Source: Zestosphaera tikiterensis
Lineage (GTDB): Archaea > Thermoproteota > Thermoprotei_A > Sulfolobales > NBVN01
Assembly: GCA_003056265.1 (NCBI GenBank)
Contig: NBVN01000004.1
Span: 120,001 to 152,000 of the forward strand
Direction of reading: 5' to 3'
DNA length: 32,000 nt
The translations under genes were made by a program, and so were the position numbers. The notes below the pieces were generated by a model. That model worked only from the letters and a program-made list of their open reading frames with translations, had not been told where the DNA came from and ran no database searches. Positions 14,307 to 22,704 of the stretch are shown here, one piece after another; positions within the stretch are counted from its first letter, which is position 1, and every line of letters begins with the position of its first letter.

Positions 14307-15677
14307 ATGCCAGCCATAGAGGTTCCCAACCTCCTCAAAACAAAGAAAGAAAGTGTTAGAACTATTAGACTCAGGCTTCTACCGACAAAACAGCAAGACG
14401 AACGCCTGCGTAAAATCGCTGACATATGTTCCAAGCTTTGGAATGAGGTGAACTACGTTAGGAGGAAAGCATTCTTTGAAAAGAAGAGGGTTAATATAGA
14501 AGAAACCTATAAGGAATACTATGAAAGATATAAGAAACTTGTTGGGAGCGCCACAACACAGCAAATACTAAATAAGAACAACGAAGCATGGAATTCATTC
14601 TTCAAACTCCTAAAGCTTAAGAAAGAGAGTAAACTACCGCCCTCCATTAAGAAACCCACACCACCAGGATACTGGAAGGATAAAATCTTAGGTAAGAGAA
14701 TTAAAAGAATCATCATCAGAAGCGATAGGTATTACGTAGAGCAAGTCAACAGTGATGAAGGATACATCACCCTCAAAGACTTTAGTGTGAAGGTTAAGTA
14801 TGTTGGTAGGATTAAATGGTCTGGTAAGCAGGGCAGGCTTGAAATAAAGTATGAATTTAACAGGTGGTTCGCATACATACCAATAGAAGTTGGTGTGATG
14901 CCTTCGAAGAACAACCCGAAGGGTTACATTAGGGGTGGATGTGATATAATTCAGCGGGAGAAGCTCAGAGGGGAGGAGGTAGCGTTCATTGATATGGGTT
15001 TAAACAACTTGTTTGCTGTGGTGGTGACGAGTGGTGATGCTATTCTGGTGAAGGGTGGTGTTGTTAAGTTTGAGTATTACTGGTGGAAGTCCGAGAAGAG
15101 AAACGCGCAATCCACTAGAGATTTAATGAGGAATAACGGTCTTAAGGTTTGGAGGAGATTCCACCGCAGGTATTTAAGGGCGTTATTTAAGAGTGGTGAG
15201 AGGTTAAGACACCTCTACAGAACCGCCGTTAGATTCTTAGCCAAGGAGTTGCATGAGAGGAGCGTTAAGAATGTGTATTTAGGATATCCCTACATGATCA
15301 CTCAGGATAACGGTAACGAATACAACACAAACATTTGGTGGTTTAGAAAATTAACACAATGGTTATATGATGTACTAAAGGAATATGGTATAGAGTTACT
15401 CATAGTGTTTGAGGATAATACTAGTAGGGAGTGTTCAATATGCCACGTTATTCACGAAGGCGCTAGAGTATATAGGGGTTTATACATATGTGAAAGAACT
15501 GAAAAGAGAATAAACGCCGATTTAAACGCTGCTATAAACATAGCCTATAAAGTTAGCTACGATATTAAAAACATTAAAAAGATAGAGAGTTTTGTCGTAA
15601 CTCATAACGGTGTCAAGACCGTAACCCCCTTAAGGAGGGGTATCGCCCAAGACCCAGCAGTGAAACCCCGCCTTTAA
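14307..15677 (+). CDS. tnpB: TnpB (OrfB) RNA-guided endonuclease-family protein
   Basis: The N-terminus VRTIRLRLLPTKQQ is the typical first beta-strand plus 'PT.eQ'. RuvC-I is AFIDMGLNN. The zinc-finger region is ECSICH...YIC. RuvC-III is ADLNAAINI. The track ORF opens at 14253, but that ATG and the next 18 codons lie inside the LE stem-loop. Met19 (14307, MPAIEV...) gives a more typical N-terminal length. Confidence 0.85.
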   Translation: MPAIEVPNLLKTKKESVRTIRLRLLPTKQQDERLRKIADICSKLWNEVNYVRRKAFFEKKRVNIEETYKEYYERYKKLVGSATTQQILNKNNEAWNSFFKLLKLKKESKLPPSIKKPTPPGYWKDKILGKRIKRIIIRSDRYYVEQVNSDEGYITLKDFSVKVKYVGRIKWSGKQGRLEIKYEFNRWFAYIPIEVGVMPSKNNPKGYIRGGCDIIQREKLRGEEVAFIDMGLNNLFAVVVTSGDAILVKGGVVKFEYYWWKSEKRNAQSTRDLMRNNGLKVWRRFHRRYLRALFKSGERLRHLYRTAVRFLAKELHERSVKNVYLGYPYMITQDNGNEYNTNIWWFRKLTQWLYDVLKEYGIELLIVFEDNTSRECSICHVIHEGARVYRGLYICERTEKRINADLNAAINIAYKVSYDIKNIKKIESFVVTHNGVKTVTPLRRGIAQDPAVKPRL

Positions 15678-15695
15678 AAGCGGGGAAAGGGTCAT
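15603..15695 (+). ncRNA. putative omega-RNA (reRNA) scaffold of the TnpB element, overlapping the tnpB 3' end; guide expected immediately downstream (15696 onward)
   Basis: This is the only part of the element body conserved in the tnpB-less copy. Conservation is about 90% over the last ~77 nt, with a 28-nt identical block CCGTAACCCCCTTAAGGAGGGGTATCGC. It contains hairpins CCCCT-taagg-AGGGG and CCCCGC-N8-GCGGGG. The position matches where omega RNAs are encoded in characterised TnpB systems. Confidence 0.45.
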
Positions 15696-15697
15696 AG

Positions 15698-16252
15698 CAG
15701 ATCCTACCTAACGTTAGAGCTACGTCAGTTCAGCAAACGCTAAATACTGTAAACGCTGTAGTCACGCAGTTAAACCTACTGCTTGTAAGCATCGCCAGCA
15801 CCTCATTCGTTGCCGCTGGTTTAGGCACTTTTAACATAATGACTGTCTCCATACTGGAGAGAGTTAGGGAGATAGGTATTCTTAAAGCGTTAGGAGCTAG
15901 GGATAGGACGGTCCTAGCCATATATTTGATTCAAGGGCTTTTAATAGGTGTTTTAGGCGGTGTAGCCGGCGTTGGTGTGGGGTTCGTAATGAGTTCGTTC
16001 GTAAGCGGGTTGTTTGTAGGGAGGATGGTAGGTGGTGTAAGAATAGGTGGGCCACCGGCGCCAGTACCAACATCTCAAAACGTTCAAAGCGTTTCCACAA
16101 CGTCATCAATAACCTTCACCATACCCTATATAAACCCATACTACGTAGCTTTAGCAATGGCTTTATCCGTAACGGTTTCATTAATAGCTTCAGCATATCC
16201 CTCAGCTAAAGCCGCGAGGATGAACCCCGTAGAAGCATTAAGATATGAGTAA
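15698..16252 (+). pseudogene. 5'-truncated FtsX/MacB-type ABC permease (C-terminal TM2-TM4 part only)
   Basis: The frame is open from directly after the IS right end: QILPNVRATSVQQTLNTVNAVVTQLNLLLVSIASTSFVAAGLGTFNIMTVSILERVREIGILKALGA.... ERxREIGxLKAxGA is the FtsX hallmark. The N-terminal TM1 and the ~200-aa extracytoplasmic domain are missing. The track lists only 15839-16252. Confidence 0.7.
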
Positions 16253-16403
16253 CGAACCCAAACCTGAAGCGGAAGCCTACGTTTTAAAGCTGTAGATTAA
16301 AAACGTAAAAATTTAAAACCTGAGTTAACTTATCCTAGTAAGGATAGGAAAACGCGGGCTCAACCCTAGCAAGCAACGTGAACAACTTAAGCAAGGGTCT
16401 TAA

Positions 16404-16481
<78 letters not shown>

Positions 16482-16533
16482 CATTTTCCTCCCGGTAATT
16501 AATGAAACCTCCTCCAACATTTCATGTAATGGG

Positions 16534-17508
16534 TTATTTCTTTCTTCCTGGCAGTTTCCTCATGTAGAACTCCTCCCCCTCATAAATTAACCTCACTATA
16601 TCGCCTGACTTCAACAACTCTTCTAAGAGTTGTGGTGTAACGCCACTTCTTTCAAGGTATCTCTCTACCTCCGACCTCCTCATCGGATGTACGGACATTA
16701 TTGATAGAAGCTCTTCCCTAGGGTTTCTCGCCGTGCCGAATTCACCCTCAGCGAACCCCGTAAGAAGCCCGACCCTCCCCTCACCAAGCTCTTTAATGAA
16801 GACCTTATATGCTTTGAGTAGTTGTTGCTCAGAAGGTGGTTTTACCCATTCCTCAGCTGGAGGCCTAGTGGGTATTGCGATGTAAGCTCTCGACACGTTT
16901 AACCCTCTAATAAACAACGCTATGTCCTCTATTTCCTCCATCTGGCCTACATCCTCTACAAGCATTGTCTCAGAGTATAACGTGCCTTTAAAGCCCCGCG
17001 CAAATGCCTTAACCCCCTCCAACACCTCACTTAATTTAAGGCTGGCGTGCGGTCTGTTAACAACCTTCCAAGTCCTAGCGTTAATTGCGTCCACCTTTAT
17101 CGATACGAGATGCGCCTCTGCGAGGTCGTTACGTACATCCTCTCTCCAAAGTAGAGAGGCGTTCGTAAGAACGGCAACCTTAACCCCCAGCTCTTTAATC
17201 CTGCTGATCTCAAATCCAAGGTTCAAGTCTAGAGTGGGTTCACCGTCCGGAACAAACGTAACGTAATCTACCTCCACGTCCTTCAGCTTTTCATAAACAG
17301 CTTCAACAATCGATTTCGGATCGTAAAAAGACTTCCTAGCGTTTATGAGATTAAGGGTACGTCCAAGCTGACAATAAACACACGAATACGTGCAACTCTT
17401 AGCTGGGATATTATTAACACCTAAGCTTCTCCCCAACCTCCTTGAAGGAACAGGCCCGAAAACAAGACCTACCCCACTCATGAGTTGCCCTAAAGATACC
17501 CCACTCAA
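16534..17508 (-). CDS. radical SAM protein of unknown specificity
   Basis: The CxxxCxxC cluster motif is present as CTYSCVYCQLG, preceded by GPVPSRRLGRSLGVN. It has a TIM-barrel-sized core plus a helical C-terminal domain. Met10 (17481) is an alternative start. Confidence 0.8.
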   Translation of the reverse strand: MSGVSLGQLMSGVGLVFGPVPSRRLGRSLGVNNIPAKSCTYSCVYCQLGRTLNLINARKSFYDPKSIVEAVYEKLKDVEVDYVTFVPDGEPTLDLNLGFEISRIKELGVKVAVLTNASLLWREDVRNDLAEAHLVSIKVDAINARTWKVVNRPHASLKLSEVLEGVKAFARGFKGTLYSETMLVEDVGQMEEIEDIALFIRGLNVSRAYIAIPTRPPAEEWVKPPSEQQLLKAYKVFIKELGEGRVGLLTGFAEGEFGTARNPREELLSIMSVHPMRRSEVERYLERSGVTPQLLEELLKSGDIVRLIYEGEEFYMRKLPGRKK

Positions 17509-17700
17509 AAGTTATTATCGATTAACCATCCAAAATTCTGAAGAGTCTTCGTGTATATGATACACCTAGCGGAGAACGTGTTTGCGATATGTTTCGGGCA
17601 TTCTACGTATTGATATGCTTAAAAAGGTTTATTAACCTGCTCTCACCTTAGTTTATGAGGTGAAACGCCAACGAGTTTCAACACAGCTCGTAAAGCAGTT

Positions 17701-19542
17701 ATGTTCCTTATCATTGGGTTAATGGTGTTATCCACGATTTCCAGTTATTTATTGAAAGTCGAAGGTCAAGGGAACCAAGTAGTTTTCAGGGTTGGTTGGG
17801 GTGGTACGTCCTTCGATACCTTCAACCCATTCACAACGATAGCTCAGATATCTTTATGGTCTACTTCAGACGTCTATGACTACCTCGTAAGATTTGATAA
17901 GACGTATACCAACTTCATTCCCGACTTAGCCGTCTCATGGGAAGAAGTTAACACCACCTACATAGTGTTTCACTTAGTTAAGAACGCGACATTCACCGAT
18001 GGAGTGAAGGTTACTGCTGAAGACGTTAAATACAGCTTTAACTTAGCTCTGCAGGATTGGTCTAGGTTAGCACCCAATCTTAAAGGCCTTGAGTCATGTG
18101 ATGTAATTGACAATTACACAGTAGGGTTTAAAGTGAAGTCTATCCCTATGTTCATGATTATGGGTGCTACAGCCGTTCCTATAGTTCCTAAGCATATTTG
18201 GGAGAAGGTGGAGAATCCAGCAACCTACGCGGATAACCCGCCCATCGGATCCGGACCACTTATGGTAACCGAGTATAAGGAGGGGCAATACATAGTGTTG
18301 GAGAGGAACCCGAACTTCTTCAGGAAGTCTTGGCTTCCTCACGTAGATAAGATAGTGATTTCTTTCTACTCCGACACTTCCTCAGCAGCGAACGCTCTTA
18401 AGGCAGGGGATGTTGATGCCGTAGGTCCTTATATACCCAGGGCAATGATTGAGGGATTTCAATCAGATCCACGTTTTAAAGTTGTAGTTCCTCCAGCGGT
18501 TTTCTACTACTACCTCTCCTTCAACGTGTACCCTGAAGGGTTAGGTAACCCAACGTTAAGGGATGTCAGAGTAAGGCAAGCTTTAGCTCACGCCGTAAAC
18601 GTTACCTACTTAGCTGAAATGTCTTGGGACGGTTTCGCAAAACCTATCGCTACGCCTGTAGCCACAAGCAATCCATTCCACAATCCTTATTTGAAGCCAT
18701 ACACGTTTAACCTAACCCTAGCTAATGAACTCCTCGATAAAGCAGGGTATAAGATGGGCTCCGATGGAGTTAGAAGAGCTCCTGACGGGACGCCGTTGAG
18801 GTATACAATGCTTGTACCCAGTAACCTGCCGGAGCTTGTTCGAGTGGCTCAGCAGATAGCTACGTGGTGGAAGCAAGTAGGTGTTGACGCTAAAGTTGAG
18901 GCTATGGATACAGGAAGCATGACAGCTAAGATATGGGTTAAAGTAGATAACACTACGACCTTAGGGCATGACATCGACTTATGGGATTGGTTCATGACCC
19001 CCAGCGACCCCACGTTTTTATCGATATTCCTCTCTAACCAAGTACCTACGGAGACTTCAGACAGCGGTTATGTGAATGAAACCTATGATAAGCTATATGA
19101 AGATCTCTTCAACGCCCCCGATATGGAGACAGCTAGAAAGATCGCGTGGGAGATGCAAGAGATGGTTTATAGGGACCTTCCCTACATAAATCTCTTCGAG
19201 GTTTCAACACCTCAGGCATATAACGTCAGGTTTACAGGCTTCTCGACTGACTGGCCTGGAGGTCCTTTCGGGGGCTACGACTGGACAGTATTTCTGGAAG
19301 CTAGGTTAGCTGAAGCAACGACAACAACTTCAGCGATTACAACGGCTGTAAGCTACACAACAAGCCCTACATCCACTCAAACTACAACCCCTCCAGCAGT
19401 GACGTCAGTTACATCCACAGCCTTAAGCACTACGGCAACGCCGTCAGGTATGGGGGCATCGACAATCACGATGGTCGTGGCTATCGTGGTGCTTGTAGTG
19501 ATAATCGCCGGTATTAGCTGGTATCTACTAAGAAGGAGGTAG
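17701..19542 (+). CDS. ABC transporter substrate-binding protein, family 5 (Dpp/Opp-type; peptide or oligosaccharide), with C-terminal Thr/Ser-rich stalk and TM anchor
   Basis: There is an N-terminal signal/anchor, then PDLAVSWE and TFHLVKNATFTDGVKVTAEDVKYSF (SBP_bac_5 signature region). The C-terminus is TTTTSAITTAVSYTTSPTSTQTTTPP... followed by ITMVVAIVVLVVIIAGISWYLLRRR. No in-frame start lies upstream, because a stop occurs at 17656. Confidence 0.85.
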   Translation: MFLIIGLMVLSTISSYLLKVEGQGNQVVFRVGWGGTSFDTFNPFTTIAQISLWSTSDVYDYLVRFDKTYTNFIPDLAVSWEEVNTTYIVFHLVKNATFTDGVKVTAEDVKYSFNLALQDWSRLAPNLKGLESCDVIDNYTVGFKVKSIPMFMIMGATAVPIVPKHIWEKVENPATYADNPPIGSGPLMVTEYKEGQYIVLERNPNFFRKSWLPHVDKIVISFYSDTSSAANALKAGDVDAVGPYIPRAMIEGFQSDPRFKVVVPPAVFYYYLSFNVYPEGLGNPTLRDVRVRQALAHAVNVTYLAEMSWDGFAKPIATPVATSNPFHNPYLKPYTFNLTLANELLDKAGYKMGSDGVRRAPDGTPLRYTMLVPSNLPELVRVAQQIATWWKQVGVDAKVEAMDTGSMTAKIWVKVDNTTTLGHDIDLWDWFMTPSDPTFLSIFLSNQVPTETSDSGYVNETYDKLYEDLFNAPDMETARKIAWEMQEMVYRDLPYINLFEVSTPQAYNVRFTGFSTDWPGGPFGGYDWTVFLEARLAEATTTTSAITTAVSYTTSPTSTQTTTPPAVTSVTSTALSTTATPSGMGASTITMVVAIVVLVVIIAGISWYLLRRR

Positions 19543-19555
19543 CTAGGGAGCTAAT

Positions 19556-20530
19556 GTGGTTTCGAAGTACGCGATATTTGTAATTAGGAGGCTCATTGGA
19601 AGCTTAATAGCTGTTTTTGCTATAGCAACATTTAATTTCTTTCTTTTCCGTGTTCTTCCAGGCAATCCTATAGAGCTTTTATTCAGATCTCCAACATTAA
19701 CACCTCAGCAAATCCGTGCTTTAGAGGAGCAATTCGGACTCAATAAACCTATGCTTCAACAGTTCGTAATATATCTCTATAACTTCTTTACAGGGAATTA
19801 CGGTATATCATTTTATTATAGAGTGCCAGTGATAAATGTGTTGATCCCTAGGCTCGTAAACTCGCTTATATTGCTATTGCCCGCGTCTTTAGCGGCTATC
19901 GCCTTCGGTATCTTCACAGGGATGTATGCCGCCTGGAAAAGAGGCACTAAGGTTGACGTATCTATACTTACTGCGGCTATGGGGCTCTATTCCCTACCTA
20001 GTTTCTGGGTTGGTGGGTTATTAATCCTCTGCTCGCTCTTCTACCTTAAGTTACCGGTTTCCGGGATGTTCACATACGGGAGCGTCTATCCCGACGTCTG
20101 GACTTACCTTGAAGATTTTCTAAAGCACTTCATTTTACCGTTCATTACGTTAACACTTATTACCTACGGTGAATTCACCATAATCATAAGGAACTGCATG
20201 GTAGACGTGTTGACTGAGGACTACATTAAGTTAGCTATAGCGCAGGGGACGCCTACACTTCGGCTGTTAAGTAGAAACGCGTTAAAGAATGCTATGCTTC
20301 CAACGATAAGCATCATAGCAATAAATTTAGGCCTTATAGTAGCTGGTGCTGTCTTAACCGAAACAGTTTTTGCTTGGCCAGGCGTTGGTAGGTTGATTTA
20401 CGAAGCGATAATTCATAGAGATTACCCAATCCTACAAGGGGCTTTCATCATAATAACGATATCTGTTGTGGCGGCTAACTTCATCGCTGACATGCTCTAC
20501 GGCTACTTAGATCCAAGGGTGAGGCACTAG
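19556..20530 (+). CDS. ABC transporter permease (DppB/OppB-type)
   Basis: It has six TM segments and an EAA-loop region (LTEDYIKLAIAQG...LLSRNALKNAMLP). The C-terminus LDPRVRH is typical of DppB/OppB. The start is GTG. Confidence 0.85.
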   Translation: MVSKYAIFVIRRLIGSLIAVFAIATFNFFLFRVLPGNPIELLFRSPTLTPQQIRALEEQFGLNKPMLQQFVIYLYNFFTGNYGISFYYRVPVINVLIPRLVNSLILLLPASLAAIAFGIFTGMYAAWKRGTKVDVSILTAAMGLYSLPSFWVGGLLILCSLFYLKLPVSGMFTYGSVYPDVWTYLEDFLKHFILPFITLTLITYGEFTIIIRNCMVDVLTEDYIKLAIAQGTPTLRLLSRNALKNAMLPTISIIAINLGLIVAGAVLTETVFAWPGVGRLIYEAIIHRDYPILQGAFIIITISVVAANFIADMLYGYLDPRVRH

Positions 20531-20532
20531 CC

Positions 20533-21399
20533 ATGAACGTGAAACCCATGCTTCAATCGTTAAGCGAGTTTTGGAGGGTTTATAGAGAGAATAAACTGGG
20601 CATGGCGGGACTAATAATCATCGTCGTCTACGTTATCATAGCTATATTAGCTCCCTACATAACTTTCCACAACCCAAGTGAAACCAACCCAAGCAAGGTA
20701 TTTCTACCCCCCAACAAGGATTACTGGTTTGGAACTAATGAAGTGGGGCAAGATCTGTACGCGCTGAACATCTACGGAACTAGGATTTCACTTATCGTAG
20801 GTTTCCTAGCCGCTTTAGTGGCTACATTTATCGGCACAACCATAGGCTTAGTGAGTGGTTACTATGGGGGGTTGCTGGATGAGATATTAATGAGGACTAC
20901 AGACTTCTTCCTAGTCATACCTCCTTTGGTGTTGATGATAGTCGTTGGCGCCATATTAGGTCCTAGCATGACTAACGCTATATTGATTATAGGCATGTTG
21001 AGTTGGTCGCCTACAGCTAGGGTTGTGAGATCCATGACCCTCTCCGTTAAGGAGAGGCCCTTCATTGAGTCAGCAAAAGCTATAGGAGCCAGTGACTTCA
21101 CAATCATCTTTAAACACATACTTCCTAACGTAATGCCAGCGATATGGGCTAACATGACCTTAGCTGTGTCGACAGCTATATTCTCCTATGCCGCAATGAT
21201 CTTCCTAGGTGTAGGAGACGTTAACGACGTAAGCTGGGGTATGATACTTCATTACGCCTTTACTTCAGGCGCGTTGTCTGCGGGGATGTGGTGGTATTTC
21301 GTGCCTCCAGGACTATTCATAGTATTGCTAACCTTCGCCTTCGTTTTAGTAGGTTACTCGCTAGAGGAGTTGTTCAACCCTAAATTAAGACGTTTTTAA
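20533..21399 (+). CDS. ABC transporter permease (DppC/OppC-type)
   Basis: An N-terminal TM is followed by GTNEVGQDLY (OppC N-domain motif). The EAA-loop region is KERPFIESAKAIGASDFTIIFKHILPN. It starts 2 nt after the upstream stop. Confidence 0.85.
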   Translation: MNVKPMLQSLSEFWRVYRENKLGMAGLIIIVVYVIIAILAPYITFHNPSETNPSKVFLPPNKDYWFGTNEVGQDLYALNIYGTRISLIVGFLAALVATFIGTTIGLVSGYYGGLLDEILMRTTDFFLVIPPLVLMIVVGAILGPSMTNAILIIGMLSWSPTARVVRSMTLSVKERPFIESAKAIGASDFTIIFKHILPNVMPAIWANMTLAVSTAIFSYAAMIFLGVGDVNDVSWGMILHYAFTSGALSAGMWWYFVPPGLFIVLLTFAFVLVGYSLEELFNPKLRRF

Positions 21400-21450
21400 A
21401 GTAAGGTAGTCTTTAACTCTAAAATCCCTGTAATAGTCGTAACCAGCAGA

Positions 21451-22680
21451 CTAAACATTATCCAGCTTTTTTAACGCGTAAAACATTGAGGCAAGCCTAC
21501 CTAGCGAGGACGCTATGAAAACAGCCCTCATATATTCTACCCCTATAGATGCTATAGAGGAGCCTATTTTTGTTGCTGTGGAAGCTGTTAGGTTGTTGAG
21601 TATTCCAAGCATTGCTAAAAAGTAGATTCTGTTGTCGTTGTTAGCTAGGTACAGGTTGTAAATGTTGATCATATTGTTTAAGAAGGCCCATGTAAAACCG
21701 GAGTATGCGTTGAATAATATTTGCTGCGGTAGTGAAGGAGCGAAGAGGAACATTGTTGGTAAAACGGATATGAATGCCGTAGACGCTACCACTACTTTCT
21801 TAGGTTCTAGTTTTTCATGAAGTTTGCTTATGATGTAATAACCCAACATTGAAGTTAGAGTGCTTGATATGCTATTAATTGAGATCCATGATTCATCACC
21901 CTTAAATACTTTAATTAAGTAGTAGTTCCATAAAGCTGATGGGAGGTTTACTGAGAAAGTTAAAATAAGCATATATAGCATATAATGTTTAACGTCTTCT
22001 TGTCGAGTAATTTCTTTAAACTTAGAAGCCACTAACTTAGGCGTTACGTTAAGTGAAGGGCTTTCAGTAACAGTCCATAACGATAAAAGGAACGCGATGG
22101 AGATAAGCGACGATATGAATGATAGTGTATAATATATTCTATAAGCTAAGACTACATCGCTAATCACGCTAAATATCGTAACCCCAGCTGTTAATCCAAT
22201 CAACGTAGCTGTAGTGGTGAAGACGTTTACCTTGCTGAATACCCCTATAGACTTCTCTCTTAACACCATGTCGGCTATAGTATCTGAATATGCTAAACTA
22301 CCTATAGATCCAGCTAACTGAGCTACCCCAATAAAAAACGGAAACAACCACTTTACTTTAGTTAAATCAGCAAAACCCGAGGTACTCCACATTAATAGGT
22401 TTATTAAGGCGAAAACCTTCCACAGAATAACTCGCTTACCTCTAAATCTATAAACCAGCAGTAAACCAATGAAGTTCCCAAGAGCTATTGCGGAAATGTT
22501 GACGAAGGTTAAAGACCCTACCTCATCAACGTTATATTTAAGTATTCTAATCGCATACGCTTGATAGAAAGTTGTAGATGCGGTTATAGCTAAACTATAG
22601 AAAAACGAGTGTAAAGTCCACCTTCTCATCCATAACTCCTTAGTTTTAACGTTTTTCACAACACTTGACAATTTAACCAC
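21451..22680 (-). CDS. MFS-type transporter (about 12 TM)
   Basis: The 409-aa protein is highly hydrophobic with two six-helix halves. A basic loop RFRGKR follows TM2, in the MFS signature position. Confidence 0.55.
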   Translation of the reverse strand: MVKLSSVVKNVKTKELWMRRWTLHSFFYSLAITASTTFYQAYAIRILKYNVDEVGSLTFVNISAIALGNFIGLLLVYRFRGKRVILWKVFALINLLMWSTSGFADLTKVKWLFPFFIGVAQLAGSIGSLAYSDTIADMVLREKSIGVFSKVNVFTTTATLIGLTAGVTIFSVISDVVLAYRIYYTLSFISSLISIAFLLSLWTVTESPSLNVTPKLVASKFKEITRQEDVKHYMLYMLILTFSVNLPSALWNYYLIKVFKGDESWISINSISSTLTSMLGYYIISKLHEKLEPKKVVVASTAFISVLPTMFLFAPSLPQQILFNAYSGFTWAFLNNMINIYNLYLANNDNRIYFLAMLGILNNLTASTATKIGSSIASIGVEYMRAVFIASSLGRLASMFYALKKLDNV

Positions 22681-22704
22681 GCTGCGGTAACTGCTTGCTC
22701 TTAT

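Larger units (their letters stand above)
14159..15695 (+). mobile_element. IS200/IS605-family, TnpB-only (IS1341-like) element, about 1.54 kb, no tnpA
   Basis: Boundaries come from comparison with the miniature copy at 24667-24946. Homology starts at GTTTTACAACTGAAAGCCTTGC and ends at ...AAAGGGTCAT. The element contains a 92-nt compound stem-loop near the left end, the tnpB ORF and a right-end hairpin CCCCGC-ctttaaaa-GCGGGG (15666-15685). Confidence 0.8.

Noticed and set aside
14237-14914. Minus-strand ORFs inside the TnpB element (14237-14434, 14379-14564, 14519-14716, 14732-14914).
   Set aside because: They are antisense shadows of tnpB. None resembles a Y1 TnpA transposase, since there is no HUH motif or catalytic Tyr context.
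15730-16109. Minus-strand ORFs 15730-15921 and 15897-16109.
   Set aside because: They are antisense to the FtsX-type permease fragment, which carries the ERxREIGxLKAxGA hallmark.
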